The notes under the pieces: model-generated
Told to the model about the DNA's origin: nothing
Databases searched by the model: none
The model's input: the letters and a program-made list of their open reading frames with translations, nothing else
In this document: positions 37,133 to 51,429 of the stretch, one piece after another
Position numbering within the stretch: the stretch's first letter is position 1
How the letters are laid out: the number at the start of each line of letters is the position of its first letter
Made by a program: the position numbers and the translations under genes
NCBI GenBank assembly: GCA_951406725.2
Contig: OX597830.1
Coordinates: 46,128,001 to 46,192,000 of the forward strand
DNA: 64,000 nucleotides
Reading direction: 5' to 3'
From: Octopus vulgaris
Taxonomy: Eukaryota

Positions 37133-37480
37133 CCTCTCCCCACCCCACACACACACTCAAAAGAAATGACCATCCTGAAGAAATATGACAATATGTTTTC
37201 ATTTGAATCCTATTTGCATAATTTTTGCACTAATAAATTGTCATATCTAAGGCCATCATCACATCTCATTCCCTTCTCTAAAATATTAAATAGGTGTTCT
37301 TGATTTATAACATTTTACACAATATGTTATGGCCCATCAGAGAGTGACCATTTGTTTCACACCTATATGGCTCTTAGCTGTATAGGCAACTCATAAGATT
37401 CAAATGGGCAGAAGCACATAACCTCTCTACAACTGGAGGCAGGAAAATGTCATGGTCAGTAAGTTTTGTAAACCAAGAAT

Positions 37481-37544
37481 GGCGGTGCCCCAGCATGGCC
37501 ACAGCTCGTGAGCTGAAACTAGATAAAATAAAATAAAATAAAAA
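37481..37544 (+). mobile_element. Extremely 5'-truncated CR1-type tail insertion
   Basis: GGCGGTGCCCCAGCATGGCCACAGCTCGTGAGCTGAAAC plus (TAAAA)n, flanked by AAGAAT direct repeats. Confidence 0.75.
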
Positions 37545-39599
37545 AAGAATATATATACATCCAGAATGACCTTGAAGGTAGTGTTTCAGGTGGGATGGCG
37601 TTATCACCCTTACATTAGTTCTAACTGTGATGATCTTAGTTGATACCATTGAATCCAGTATTTGACTGATATTTTATCAGCCCCAGATAAATGAAAAGCA
37701 AAGTTAACGAGGGCAGGATTTGAACTCAGAATGTAAAGAGTTGGAAGTAATATTGCCAGGCATTTTGTTAAATCTTCTAAAGTCTAATTAATGTTTGTTT
37801 CATAAGCATGTAATTAGCTGAGTTCAGGTACCGACCCCCATCCTTGGCGGGGAGAAGGTAACAAAGAAATGGTGGTAAAAGATTCTTTCTAATTGTGTTG
37901 CAAAACCAGCAATTTTGAGAAGAGGAGAAAAATCGATTCCATTGACCCCTATACTAGATGGGTACTTTATTTTGTTAACCCTGAAAGGATGTAAGGCAAA
38001 GTTAACCTCAGTGGTATTTGAACTCGGAGCTTAAAGAGTTGGAAGAAATGTTACGGAGCATTTTGTTTTGGACTCTGATTCTGCCATTTTGCTGTGTCGA
38101 GCTGCAGAAATAACAATCTTTCAGGCTCATTGAGCTCCTGCCATTCAGACTCGTTAGTTCATCTTTGCTATTAATTAGTTGTGTATTGATTTAGATATTC
38201 ATTTATTTGTTTGTTTTGTACTTTGTGAACAATCACACCAATGATTACTGTCGTTTCAGTTGGTTGCGCCTGAAAAACACCCAAATCCTGTTTCAATTCG
38301 TTATATTTGTTTTAGCTTTGTATTTATTAATAATCTATTTTTTGAATGTTGCCAATGTTCCAAATCTGGCTCTGCTTCTATTATTTTCTCTTCATTGGAA
38401 TATTTATGGCACCACAGATATGGAATTTTATCTAGAAGTTGTTTTGATTTTTGAAGAATGGTGAAGATCAGTTCTTCATTCTCATTTTCTTCATCTTTGT
38501 CAGTTTGTTTATTTTCTTCATTATTATATCGCAGATGTTCTTCTTTACCCAATTTAGTTGTTTTGTGTTGACTTCTTTTTTGGTGGTGGGGGAGGATTTT
38601 TCTTCTATTTCTTTTCTTTGGTTTCCTCATTAGTTTCCATTAGTTCTTTTTCATCGCATGAAGACAGAGTGGCACAACTGGTTGCTTCTGTTAAGGGACA
38701 AAGTGCCTGCCTATTTCTAGGACTAGGCATAAAGCAATTACTTCTCTTATTCTTTGAGTTTTGACAACTGGTGCCATGAAAACTGAGGCTGGCTGCTCTT
38801 ATTATTACCTCAGTTCTGGTTTCCAATACTTTCCTTTATAGTTTTTTGTTGTTATTATTTTTTTTTTTTTTGCTTAGCCCATTTAGTTCTTTAGAGCAGG
38901 AACGACTATGTGGGGATGGGGTCTTACTATGACAAATGTAACAACCAGGCATTGAGCCATGTGTCATCATTCTTTTACCCTTTGTCTTGTTGTCTTCAAC
39001 TAGGCACAATCCCAATATGTCTTTGTAGCCTTTGGTGGGTTTTAGCAGTTGCATATCCAATTCGATGCCTCCTGACTAAATGTTATCCTAGTTTTAACCA
39101 CTCACCCAGACCAGCCACAGGTTCACCTTACTTCTGATGTCACTTTTGTGTTCCTTTGCTTCAAATTCTGGGGCACAAATATATGGGCAGAGAGATGTCT
39201 TACAATGTGTTTTAGCTAAGTCTTCAGCTTTGAAAGTACATACAGCAGGTAGGGCTATAACTTTTTTCAATTGACAGGATTTCTTCCAAAATGTTTTGAA
39301 GCACTGATTATTCTAGTTCTTGTCATCAGTGGAAATTTAGCTCAGTTCCAGCTTTACTAAAGCAGAGATTATTATTATTATTATTATTATTATTATTGTT
39401 ATTATTATTATTGTTATTATTATTGTTATTATTTATTGTCATTACTTATTGTTATTATTTATTGTTATTATTTATTATCATTATTATTACTATATTGTAT
39501 ATAATTTTATATAGGTGGTTCTCTGGTGATAAATATCCCCCCCCCCTCTTTGGATTGAAATAAATGCATGTATACTCTCCAAGTGATGATGATGATTCT

Positions 39600-40620
39600 T
39601 TCTACAATAGGTACAACACCTGATATTTTGGAAGGGGGCCAGTCTATTACATTGACCCCTTAACTTGATTGGTCCTTATTTTATCAACTTTGAAAGGATG
39701 AAAGACAAAGTTGACTTCAGCAGAATTGAACTCAGAACGTAAAGCCACCAGAAATGCTGGTAAGCTTTTGTACAGCATGCTAATGATTCTGACCATTTAC
39801 CACCTTTATTATTATTATTTATTATTATTAAATAAGGTGGTGAGCTGGCAGAATCATTAGCACACTGGGTGAAATGCTTAGTGATATTTCATCTGCCGCA
39901 AATTCAGAGTTCAAATTCTGCCAAGGTTGATTGCCTTTCATCCTTTCAGGGTTGATAAATTAAGTACCAGTGAAATTCTGGGATCAATGTAAGCAACTAG
40001 ATTCTTCTCCCAAAATTTCAGGCCTTGTGCTTTAATAGAAAGGGTTATTATTATCCCTTGATTAAAGCAAGCTGGCAGTCGTTAGCATACTGAGAAAAAC
40101 GCTTAGCAGCATTTCATTTGTCTTCACGTTCTGAGTTCAAATTCTGCCAAGGTCAACTTTACCTTTCATTCCTTCAGGGTCAATAAAATAAGTACAAGTG
40201 GAACACAGGGTTCGATATAATTGATTTATCCCCTCCCCTCAAATTGTTGGTGTTGTGCTAAAACTTGAAATTTTGGCACATGACCAGCAGTTTTAAGGGG
40301 GAGGGCTAATCCCATCAACCCCAGCACATGACTGGTACTTCTTTTATCAACCCTGAAAGAATGAGAAGCAAAACTGATCTTGGCAGAATTTTATAATAAT
40401 AATGATAATGAGAATTTTAAAACCAGAACCAGGCTTCAGTTTTGAGCCATTGCTATCCTCAACTATTTGTCCTGGTTCTCAGCTGCTGCTGCTTATTTTA
40501 TTGACCCTGCAAGGATTAAGACAGTCTCAACTTCAGTGGAATTTGAACTCAGAACATAGAGGAATGAAACGAAATACACAAAGTGTTTTGTCCATTACTT
40601 TTGTAATTCTGACAATGAAA
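39600..40620. mobile_element. Cluster of older family B SINE copies in both orientations among (ATT)n tracts
   Basis: Repeated GAGTTCAAATTCTGCCAAGG...CCTTTCAT.CTT..AGGG..GATAAA..AAGTAC and its reverse complement. Confidence 0.75.
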
Positions 40621-40829
40621 TAATAATGGTTTCTTAGATTAGCACAAGCTGACATATATCTATAGTGGTGGTGGTGGTGGTGGGGAATTTCAAGGGAAAG
40701 AATGAAACTAAGAAAAAAAAGAAAAGACTGTAACAGCTGAATGACAAAGAGTAGCCACACAAAAAGGTAGGCATTTATCTGCAAACATTCATAGCGTTAC
40801 CATTTCTAAAAAAAATTTTCAAAATGATA

Positions 40830-41232
40830 TCTCTCTATATATATGTAAAGTTGAAGTTGTCTGTGTATGGCAGGTTTGATAGCCTTCAACTAACACTATA
40901 TCCTCCGAGACTCTGTGGCGCAAGTTGACCAAAATTGAGAGTATGATAGAAGAAGGCTGGCTCTTCATTCTGTACAAAAAAAAATTCAAATCGGACCATG
41001 TTAATACCAAAAATTATTTACATCAAAAAGGTGCTCTTTTTCTATGAAAATCCCTATTTTTTACGATTTTTTTGACTGCTGTGTCGCCATTTTTTGGTGT
41101 ATTTCAACCAGAAAAATGTTCACTTAAAGAGAATAACAAGCTACATAATGCAAGATTTTTACTTTTCAAAAGTTCCAATTCTAAAGGGTCGAAAAGAAAA
41201 CAAGCCCGAGCAACGCTAGGCTATACTACTAG
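40830..41232 (+). mobile_element. Non-autonomous Helitron
   Basis: 5' A|TC start, 3' imperfect GC hairpin AGCCCGAGCAACGCTAGGCT about 10 bp before CTAG|T, and no TSD. Confidence 0.75.
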
Positions 41233-43194
41233 TAATCCATAAAATTAATGGTTAGTCCATTCACTATCACGACCAAAAAGAGGTCTAAATACTGGAATTT
41301 ATCACAGCTTTTGTGACATTACGTTTGTCAGACAACTTAGATGTAATTCAAAGTTTAAATATCATCCTTTCTCTTTATTGGAAACTAATTCACTTTCACA
41401 TTTGCGCTTGCATACTCATTTGCAGAAGATGTCGCCTTGGACTTCCTGTGTGCATTTAGACATGTCCATCTTGGGAAAACAAAAACACCCAGACATCCTA
41501 CGATGCAAGCTCCACCTCATTCAGGAGCTGCAAAATGGAAGCTTTATAATTTCTCAAGCACACACATGCACACACACACAGCATTCCCTGCTTAAGTGCA
41601 ACACACAGCTAAGAGTGAATGCCTTTGCATCAAACGTTAAGCTTGATAATCTTATCAAAATTGACTTTTCATGATGATTTCCCAGTCTTAACATATGACA
41701 ATGTCACAAACACTGTGGACAGGCATTAACCTTTTTCTTGTAATGTAATCCATAAAAAGAACTCAAAAACAATCCTTGTGGATTGGTTAAATGTGATTGG
41801 TTTCGTGTGCAAAATGATTGTTTGGTGAACATGCATGCATGCAGAAATACTTTGAAGTTATAATTTTAAAAGATAAACTCATTATGACATTCTAATATCC
41901 TCTGAAATTATTTTAAATTTAGTTAAAAATTTAGAATTAAGCTCTAATTCCAACAATAAAGTTGGCTGATATGATTGGAGATTTTGGTCTGTAGATGAGT
42001 CCTGGAGAGACTTCTTGTTGCCTTCTTTGGGAAAACTGGTCTAAATACTGCACAGTAACATAAAATTTTCATTAATTATATAATTCTTCTGTTGATAAAA
42101 ATATAATTTCTAAACCACAAAAAAATTAAGAGCATATGTTTAGTTTGCAATAATAGTTATTCGGCATATGAGAGAGAATTCTCACGCAGAAAAATGCTCA
42201 CATGATCTTGTGCCTATTTGTCAATCATCAGTGTTTAACGTCCGTTTTCCATGCTGGCATGGGTTGGACGGTTCAGCTGGGGTCTGGGAAGCCAGGAGGC
42301 TGCATCAGGCTCCAGTCTGATCTGGCAGTGTTTCTACAGCTGGTTGCCTTTCCTAATGCCAACCACTCCGAGAATGTAGTGGATGTTTTTTTTTTTGTGC
42401 CACTGGTACAGGGGCCAGAGGAGCTGGCATTGACCATGATTAGATGGTGCTTTTTATGTGCCACTGACACGGGGATCACAATTACAATTTCCATTTGATT
42501 ATGATTTTGATGTACTTGACTCAATAGGTCTCCTCAAGCACAGAATGTCGCCCTATGATCCAAGGTACTTTTGAGTGGGTTGGTTATGCGATGCTGGTGT
42601 AGGTTACAGCTGTGGACTCACTTTATTTGCCGGAATCTGGAATTAAGTATAGAGCTGATGCCAAAATTCAATACAAGGGATCTTTATTAGTTGCAGAGTA
42701 ATCAAATTGCCCAAGCTAAATTTAATTATGGACATGTAGTGAAATTGCTAGGACATTCCCATTGCTTTGGCAGAAAGTAAGACTATATTCCAATGCCTTT
42801 TCCTACTTCTTACCTAGCTGAGTCAGGTTTTAGCTGAGTGTCTTTCCTACAACCAAAAGCTCACAATTACTTGGAAATTGTATGTAGCAATGATCTTTGT
42901 TTGTCTCTATCAAGTAAGGTCCCTGATAGTGAAAAATTTGCAAAAACTAAACCAGCCCCATCAATCTCACTAAATAAATAAATGTAATATGATATATTTT
43001 TCTCTATTTTGCTAAAATATTTTATTTTTGTGCTCAAAAAGTTATTTTTAGGAGATATTAATTTTCTGGGCATCAATAGAATTTTTTTTGTTTTGTTAAA
43101 TCAGAAAATGATGAATGATTATAAATGGTTGTTGATGCCACAAAATATTCTTGTTTCGGGAAAATAGAAATATAGAAAATAAATGTGCAATTAA

Positions 43195-43415
43195 CCCTTT
43201 TGATACCAACCTGGCTGAAACCGGCTCTGGCTCTGTAGTACAAATCTCTTGTTTTCATAAGTTTTGAATTAAAAACTTCATCAAACCTTAGTCACAATTT
43301 ATGTTTCTAACACTAGCTGAATGGTATCTAAGTTATCTTATTAAATTCTTTGTTATATTTAAAATTGATTGAAAGAAACACAGAGCATCTCAAAAGAAAT
43401 ACGGTAATGAAAGGG
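43195..43415. mobile_element. piggyBac-like MITE
   Basis: TTAA|CCCTTT ... AAAGGG|TTAA; second copy at 47509-47727. Confidence 0.8.
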
Positions 43416-44654
43416 TTAAATAGACATTGATATTTTTATGAAGTTGTTATATTAATAGTAGAAAACTGGGCACCCTTGAAATATTTTTTAAAATGTTTAT
43501 TATTTTAGATTTTCTGTCCAGTAATGTTTTCAATACATATCAATTTTTAAAAAATATTCCTAAAATAAATTTCATGATAAAACTAATTTAAACAATTTCA
43601 TTATCACTTGATAAAATTTTACAAATTTTATTTGCACCAAAAGTTTTTAATCTTTTCAGAAGTGATTGTTTCTGTTACTAACCGTTTAGTATAAAATTGA
43701 AATAATTTTTCTCTAATAACGTCTAAGATGCCAGAAAATGATTTAAGATTTCAAGAAGGAACCATAATCTAAAAAACGTTGACAAAGACATGACATTAGA
43801 TTAACTGTTCATGCTTTTAATTACATCATCATCATCATCATAACATTCCCTTTTCCATCTTCATATGAGTCGGATGGAATTCAATGAGGCAGATTTTCTA
43901 CAGTCAGATACCCTTCCTGTTGCCAATCCTCACCTATTTCCAAGTAACATATCCCCCACCACCACATGGCCAGACATGTTTTCATGGAAGATTAGAAATG
44001 ATGGACACTGCTTGTCTGGTGATGATGCTCATTTACCACAAGATGTTTAAACAAAGGCACACACATACTCACACACATAAAGGGTTTCTATTTTTAGTTT
44101 CCTTCTACCAAATTCAATTAAATCGCCTAGGGCTATAATAGAAGGCATTTTCCCAAGGTGCCATGCAGTGGGACTGAGTCCAAAACCGTGTGGTTGGGAA
44201 GTTAAAAATTGTCCAAATCGTTCTTTGTCACCATCACAATTATCATTAGCAACATAATTGTCAGTACCATCAACATAATGGTTGCTTTTCAATTCTTGGC
44301 CAAGTGTGTCAATACAGTATAGGAGAACTGGATGCATGGTTTTGGTGCCAGTCATTTGGTACATCTGTTTTGGCAACAGATGCCTCGGTGCTGGGAAATA
44401 ACGAGTTTGATAATTAAATCACTTGTCAAATGTAGAAAGATAACGTTTCTATGGTTTACACTTTAAATCTAATTTTTCTGTCAAAAATGTAGTTTATTTA
44501 CATAAAGCTGTAGATCTTTTTTTTACCTGTATTATGTCATCTGTGTACACCTGTTCCTTCTCAGTACAATTATGTATTATGTCCAAATATAAATTTTAAT
44601 ATTTATTATTTACTGACCATAGCAGAGTTATGTGTGTGTGTGTGTGTGTCATCA

Positions 44655-45070
44655 TCATCATCACGGGGTACTGGCACTTGTGCCCCGTGCTAGTAGGGTG
44701 CTAAGAGCACCATCCGAGCGTGATCGTTGCCAGAGCGGCTAACTGGCTTCCGTGCCGGTGGCATGTAGGAGGCACCATTCGAGCGGGATTGTTAGCAGCA
44801 TCGCCTTACTGGCACCTGTGCTGTTGGCATGTGTAAAAAAATTCGAGCGCGATCATTGCCAGTACCGCCTGACTGGCCCCTGTGCCGGTGGCACGTAAAA
44901 GCACCCACTACACTCTTGGAGTGGTTGGCGTTAGGAAGGGCATCCAGCTGTAGAAACTCTGCCAGATCAAGACTGGAGCCTGGTGCAGCCATCTGGTTTG
45001 CCAGCCCACAGTCAAACCGTCCAACCCATGCTAGCAAGGAAAGCGGACGTTAAACGACAATGATGATGAT
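44655..45070 (+). mobile_element. (GAT)n-tailed non-autonomous retroelement with internal subrepeats
   Basis: GGTTGGCGTTAGGAAGGGCATCCAGCTGTAGAAAC...GCGGACGTTAAACGACAATGATGATGAT, preceded by repeated GTGCCGGTGGCA and CGAGCG.GAT modules. Confidence 0.75.
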
Positions 45071-45402
45071 TATTTAGTTCATGGAAGATAGACAATGCCC
45101 GTAGCCCAGGCTGAGGAAGAGAATGTGACTGGTGTTTAACTTGAGCTTCTGGAGGTTGATGTTGATTGGGGAAAAATGTGGACAAGGACTGAGGTGCAAA
45201 GGGGTCCAGTTTATAGAAATGATTCTGTTAAGTAGTGGAGGAGGAGGTCTCTGCTGGAGTAGACAGTAGTGAAGCCTGCATGATGTTGTTCTTCGGTCTA
45301 AATCAGTCCCAATTGAATAGACCACTGGTCAACAATAATATTCCAGTCCTTATTTTGTTTTTATTGAGATGTTGTGATTAGGACAATAATAATAATAATG
45401 GT

Positions 45403-45787
45403 GGAGGCGCAATGGCCCAGTGGTTAGGGCAGCGGACTTGCGGTCATAGGATCGTGGTTTCGATTCCCAGACCGGGCGTTGTGAGTGTTTATTGAGCGAA
45501 AACACCTAAAGCTCCACGAGGCTCCGGCAGGGGATGGTGGTGATCCCTGCTGTACTCTTTCACCACAACTTTCTCTCACTCTTACTTCCTGTTTCTGTTG
45601 TACCTGTATTTCAAAGGGCCGGCCTTGTCACTCTCTGTGTCATGCTGAATATCCCCGAGAACTACGTTAAGGGTACACGTGTCTGTGGAGTGCTCAGCCA
45701 CTTACACGTTAATTTCATGAGCAGGCTGTTCCATTGATTTGGATCAACCAGACCCCTCGTCGTCGTAACCGACAGAGTGCTTCCATC
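45403..45787 (+). mobile_element. tRNA-derived SINE, family C, tail type 2
   Basis: Same head and core as 35400 but a different 3' half; 19 bp TSD CAATAATAATAAT(A/G)ATGGT at 45384-45402 and 45788-45806. Confidence 0.85.
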
Positions 45788-46605
45788 CAATAATAATAAT
45801 GATGGTCACTTCTGTCATGAATGTAATTTGAATCCAGTTATGGATTTTGCTATGAAGTCACAATGGAAACACTGATGAATTTTATTTTACCTGGGATTGG
45901 CCAAATGTGTCTGTTGACTGCAGGATGTAATTCTTTCCTTCTCTTTCTTCAACTCAAATTCTTTAGCTGCATCATGACACCTTTTACATCAGTCAATTCA
46001 TTCCAGGCAATAACTTCCCCCAAAATGTTGAATTTAGGGATTTTAGTGATAGTTTCAACTGAACCTTATACCTAAGGATGGGTCTTCTTTTACCACAGAA
46101 CCCCTCCTCTTGTTGGCCATACAAAAGAATTTTTGGAATGTGGTCATCTTGCATTCAAACAATATGTGCAGCCCATCTGCACTGAATTTGCAACAGTATA
46201 CTTTCGATACTAGAAATATCACATTTTCCAAAAGTTTTGACTTTTGATATCTAATGATGATGATGATGATGATGATAAGCTGGTTATTAATTGTAACATG
46301 TTGAAACTCTGCCTTTTAGATATGTGAACTGTTTTTAAAGATACAATTTAAGGAATTTGTTTTTGTCTCAGCTGGCCTTATTTGGGCTTCATTGCTGTTT
46401 TGTGGAAACTTATTAATTTTTGTGAATTAAAAGAAGTTTCTATGTCTGAAGAATAAACTTTGGGATTCTTTTTTGACTATTTTTTGTCACCATGAGAGAT
46501 TACCAAAGATTGTGAGATCTAGCAACTGTAGGAACTGAAAGATTTAGCTGTAGCTTCATATGTTTGTTCGATGTATGCTGCAGCTGTCTTCTAATGATGT
46601 TGAAT

Positions 46606-46639
<34 letters not shown>

Positions 46640-47370
46640 TAACAAGGGTGTTACATTGTTTCTGGATAATGTTTCAAACTTATTCTTCATGGTTGTAGTA
46701 CATACCAGTTGTGAGTGATTTGGGTTGTGAATGGGCAAGAGCTGTGTATTAGAGATATTCAACAAGTCGAGGATGGTGTATGTAATTAGAAGTAACAGCA
46801 AGTAGGTTGTGAATGCAAGTAAGAAAGGTCATGTAGATAATACAAAGACACACTGAAGGTTTTAAAGAAGTCTCACAATATAGTGTTGTAAGAGGAAAAT
46901 CTGACATGATTAAAACTTTACTGATGTTAAGACGACATTTTAGTTGTACTGAAGTGCTAAAGGGGAAGAAGAGATTGCTGGTGTTTGTTGTAGCAAAGGT
47001 AAATCTGTCTGGAAACTATGCTGCTGGTTATGGTGCAGAGAAAGAGATCTGTGCAGGACATTTCATCCATTTTAAGCCATTGAAGAAGGCAGCAGCGAGC
47101 TGGCAGGAATGTCCGGCAAAATGTTTTCATGATCGTTAAAGAGATGGAGCATTCTATAGTTTAAGCTGCCTTTCAGCTTGGCACTCTTGTTCACAGTATT
47201 AGCAAAAGACATGGATGGGTAGGGAACAGAGAAATATTCAGAAATAAGGAACACATCCTTTTTTTGCAAAAGATGTATCTTGGTTGGGGTTAATGGTCTG
47301 CTTCCAGTTGAGAATGGATTTGTCAATATATAGGAAACTTCTGGGACATTATCAACACATGTCAAGAAAT
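46640..47370 (-). mobile_element. Possible heavily decayed Penelope-like coding relic
   Basis: Weak peptide resemblance only (VLIMSDFPLT; CKKGCVPYF, similar to the PLE 'K..IPYSQF' motif). Confidence 0.3.
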
Positions 47371-47508
47371 GCTATTGAAAATTAATCCTGGCCATTCACA
47401 GAAAGATAGAAACCACGATTATCTTTGTGAATGTACCACCTTAACTCCTAAAGTTGGGGATTAATGCCAATACCATTCAACTGGTACCAACCTAATTCAT
47501 ATAATTAA

Positions 47509-47727
47509 CCTTTTGTTACCAGCCCGGCTGAAACCAGTTCTGGCTCTGAGTACAAGTGACTTGTTTTCATCAAGTTTTGAATTAAAATCTTCCACCAAAC
47601 CTTAGTCACAATTTATGTTCCTTAAACTAGCTGAATGATAACTAAGTTATTTTAGTAAATTCTTTGTTATATTTAAAATTAATTGAAAGAAACACAACAT
47701 CTCAACAAAAATATAGTAACGAAAGGG
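47509..47727. mobile_element. piggyBac-like MITE
   Basis: TTAA flanks; colinear with 43195-43415. Confidence 0.8.
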
Positions 47728-47819
47728 TTAAACAGTTGACAGCTGGATTGATGTGCTGGTGTGTGTGTGTGTATGTGTGTGTGCATTTAATGTATATACA
47801 TGTATGTAGAGCTCTCTCT

Positions 47820-47866
<47 letters not shown>

Positions 47867-48589
47867 ATGTATGTGAACATATGTACATACATTATCTGAC
47901 AGAAAAACTGGTAAATTTGATGAGTGCCACTGAGATGCCAGCTCTGTACATGGTGGGGGCAGGAATAAATTCTTATTTAATAAAGTAGGGTCACAGATAC
48001 AGTGTCTGTGTAAGTATCAGAACTGTCACCCTCATCATCATCATCATCATTCTTGTCCATCTCCATCCTTGTTATCGTCATCATCATCATCAGCAGTAAC
48101 ATCATTATTTCTGAGTTTTAACTCTTTTTACTTCTTTTTTCTTTTTGCCATCCCTGACATAATTTTGAAATCTTTCCAAAACATTCTCCACTTTAATATT
48201 TACTTAAAATACTTAAATGTCAGCAGACAATGTGTGTGTGTGTCTGTGTGTGTGTATGTATGCTACAGTGAGATTGTGCACGTCTTTGTAAATTTTTACT
48301 TATTTATAACCTTTATTTAAGGATGTAGATACATTTGGCAGCTTGTGTGTGCGTGTCAACACATGAAATGGGATCAGGAACCAAAGTCTTAAAAGGGGAA
48401 TATCTTCCTGATTTTTTTTTACTTCCTAAATTGAAAGAGTATTTAATGAGCTTAACCTTCTATTTCACCAATTGTTGACCTTATGACTTTGGCAAATCTG
48501 TTCTTGTCAGTGCTGTGCCTGTTACACTAAACTCATGGTTTCCAAACATTTTACTGTGGAACATTGGCAACCTAATGCGCCACACACAT

Positions 48590-48807
48590 TCTTTTACTTG
48601 TTTCAGTCATTTCACTGCAGCCATGCTGGAGCACCGCCTTTAGTCGAGCAAATCGACCCCAGGACTTATTCTTTGTAAGCCTAGTACTTATTCTATCGGT
48701 CTCGTTAGTCGAACTGCTAAGTTACGGGGACGTAAACACACCAGCAACGGTTGACAAGCAATCCTGGGGGACAAACACAGACACACAAACATATACACAC
48801 ACATACT

Positions 48808-48838
<31 letters not shown>

Positions 48839-49000
48839 GACGGGCTTCTTTCAGTTCTCATCTACCAAATCCACTACCAAGGCTTTGGTTGGTGTGAGGC
48901 TATAGTAGAAAACACTTGCCCAAGGTGCCACGCAGTGGGACTGAACCCAGAACCATGTGGTTGGTAAGCAAGCTACTTACCACACAGCCACTCCTGTGCC
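48590..49000 (-). mobile_element. Family A SINE, full length
   Basis: Reverse complement of the family sequence; head to head with a degenerate plus copy at ~49095-49412. Confidence 0.85.
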
Positions 49001-49946
49001 TACATATTAAAATTCCGTACTTTGTTTATTGAATAAAGAACTCTATACTTAATCATTTTGTATAAATTAAGTTATTTATAAATTAAAATAGATCAGCAAG
49101 AAGTTTGTTTCCGAACCACTGGGTTCTGGGTTCTGTCTCACTGCATGGCATCTTGGACAAGTGTCTTTAGTATGGCTTTAGGCTGATCAAAGCCTTGTGT
49201 CTGGACCCGGTAGACAGAAACTGAAAGAAGCCCATCGTGTGTGTTTGTCTCCCATCACCACTTGACAACTGGTGTTGGTGTGTTTACATCCCCCTAATTT
49301 AAAATACATTCCAGGCTTTAAAAGACTGAGTACTGGGATTGGTTTGTTTGACTAAATTTTTTCGAGGCAGTGCCCCAGCATGGCCACAGTCAAATGACCA
49401 AAACAAGTAATAAATGAAGATAGTATATTTTTTAAACTTTATATGCAAACTGCTCTAAAATATTTTCATTTGCTCTCGCTTGCCACAAGTATAAAAAGTT
49501 GGGGAATAACTCCACTGGGCAAAGCTGGTTTCCTGGCTGTTTACATTAGGTACTTAACAAGTTAACAATCTGATGCTTTTTCCCAGGGCCTCTAGGAGAA
49601 ATTCTGTAAGACAGAATAGTAATGCTTCTGGATCTTAGGTCTGTTTGAGGCTCTCAAAATTTAAGGATGCTATGAGTTAAGGGTCCATCAGATTTTCACT
49701 TGCTCCTACTTGGCTCTCTGAGCTTTGGACCAACCATACTATTTGAAGCCACTCCTCTTATAGGTGCTGCCTTACCATGAGCCACAGGCATTTAAAACTC
49801 TCACTTTTAGTCCTCACAAAAATTAGCTTGGCCTCACTCACCATCTCTGATGATCTTTACTGATAATCACATAAGTTTATCAATTCATTTTGGCAAAAAA
49901 AAAATTTTTTAAATAAATAAATAAAATGACCATCCTGAAATACAAC

Positions 49947-49983
<37 letters not shown>

Positions 49984-50619
49984 GTTAGAAGAAATGAGGT
50001 ACTCAGAAAATCGGATGGTTTATATTTACAGATATTTATTTGTATATTACATTTTTTATACATCATATAACTTAGATCATGTATAAACGGTATACCTCTC
50101 TCTCTATGTGCATATACATACACACATATTATATATCTATATATATACACACGCGTAAAATGTATATATATATATTATATATACTTCAAAATATATATTA
50201 ATCCATTCGTGAAAAAAATAGGAGGCTGGGTATTATTTTTCCTTTCTCTGTTAATTCCTCTTCTGTTAAATCCTGGTTCCTTCAGATATTTTAAATGTTT
50301 GTTCTTTAATGTGTGTGTGTATACATATATATACTATATTGATTGTATATATATATGTGTGTATATAATGTATTTTGGCGTTATATGATGACCATTAAAA
50401 TTATAATCTTTGCCATCGTCGCCGTTGTCGTTGACTTCATCATCGGTGTTCTTGTTGTTGGTGGTGGTGGTGTCACGATGCTGTCATCGTCATTTTCATC
50501 TTCATCGGCGTCATCATCATCGTTGTAACCGTAATCATTTTGACGTTCGGTGTATTCATTGCTCGAAACGACGGCGACGACCGAGCTGTCGTCGTGACTT
50601 TTAACATTATATGTTTATG

Positions 50620-51166
50620 TAAATGAAAGAACAAATAGTCAAAAGTAAGATGGAGTATGATTCAACAGCCTTTAATGACCACTATATGTTTCATTCATTC
50701 ATCATCATCATCATCGTTTAACGTCTGCTTTCCACGCTAGCATGGGTTGATGATTTGACTGAGGACTGGCGAACCAGATGAATATGCCAGGCTCCAATCT
50801 GATCTGGCAGAGTTTCTACAGCTGGATGCCCTTCCTAATGCCAACCACTCCGAGTGTGTAGTGGGTGCTTTTACGTTTCACCTGCACGAGGGCCAGTGTG
50901 GCGGTACTGGCTACAGCCACACTCAAAATGGTGTTTTGTTACATGCCACCAGCACAGGAGTCAGTCCAGCGGCACTGGCAATGACCTCGCTCGAATGTTT
51001 TGTTCACGTGCCGGTGGCTGTGTGGTAAGTAGCTTGTTTACCAACCACATGGTTCCGGGTTCAGTCCCACTGCATGGCATCTTGGGCAAGTGTCTTCTGC
51101 TATAGCCCCGGGCCGACCAATGCCTTGTGAGTGGATTTGGTAGACGGAAACTGAAAGAAGCTTGTC

Positions 51167-51202
<36 letters not shown>

Positions 51203-51383
51203 ATGTATGTGTGTGTTTGTGTGTCTGTGTTTGTCCCCCAAGCATTGCTTGACAACCGATGCTGGTGTGTTTACGTGCCCGTCACTTAGCGGTTCAGCAA
51301 AAGAATAAGTAGTGTAGTGGTCATTGAAAAGCTGTCGAATCATACTCCATCTTACTTTTGACCCTATTTATTCTTTCATTTTT
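50620..51383. mobile_element. Small foldback element (~65 bp arms) split by two nested retroposons
   Basis: GTCAAAAGTAAGATGGAGTATGATTCAACAGCCTTTAATGACCACTA is mirrored at 51314-51362. Between the arms lie a (GAT)n-tailed element (-) and a family A SINE (+, 51015-51310). Confidence 0.7.
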
Positions 51384-51429
51384 ACTTTCCACACACGAAG
51401 AATGCCTAAGCCTAGAATTGGTAATATAC

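Noticed and set aside
38100-39360. Possible decayed LINE on the minus strand next to (ATT)n
   Set aside because: No diagnostic motif could be read with confidence.
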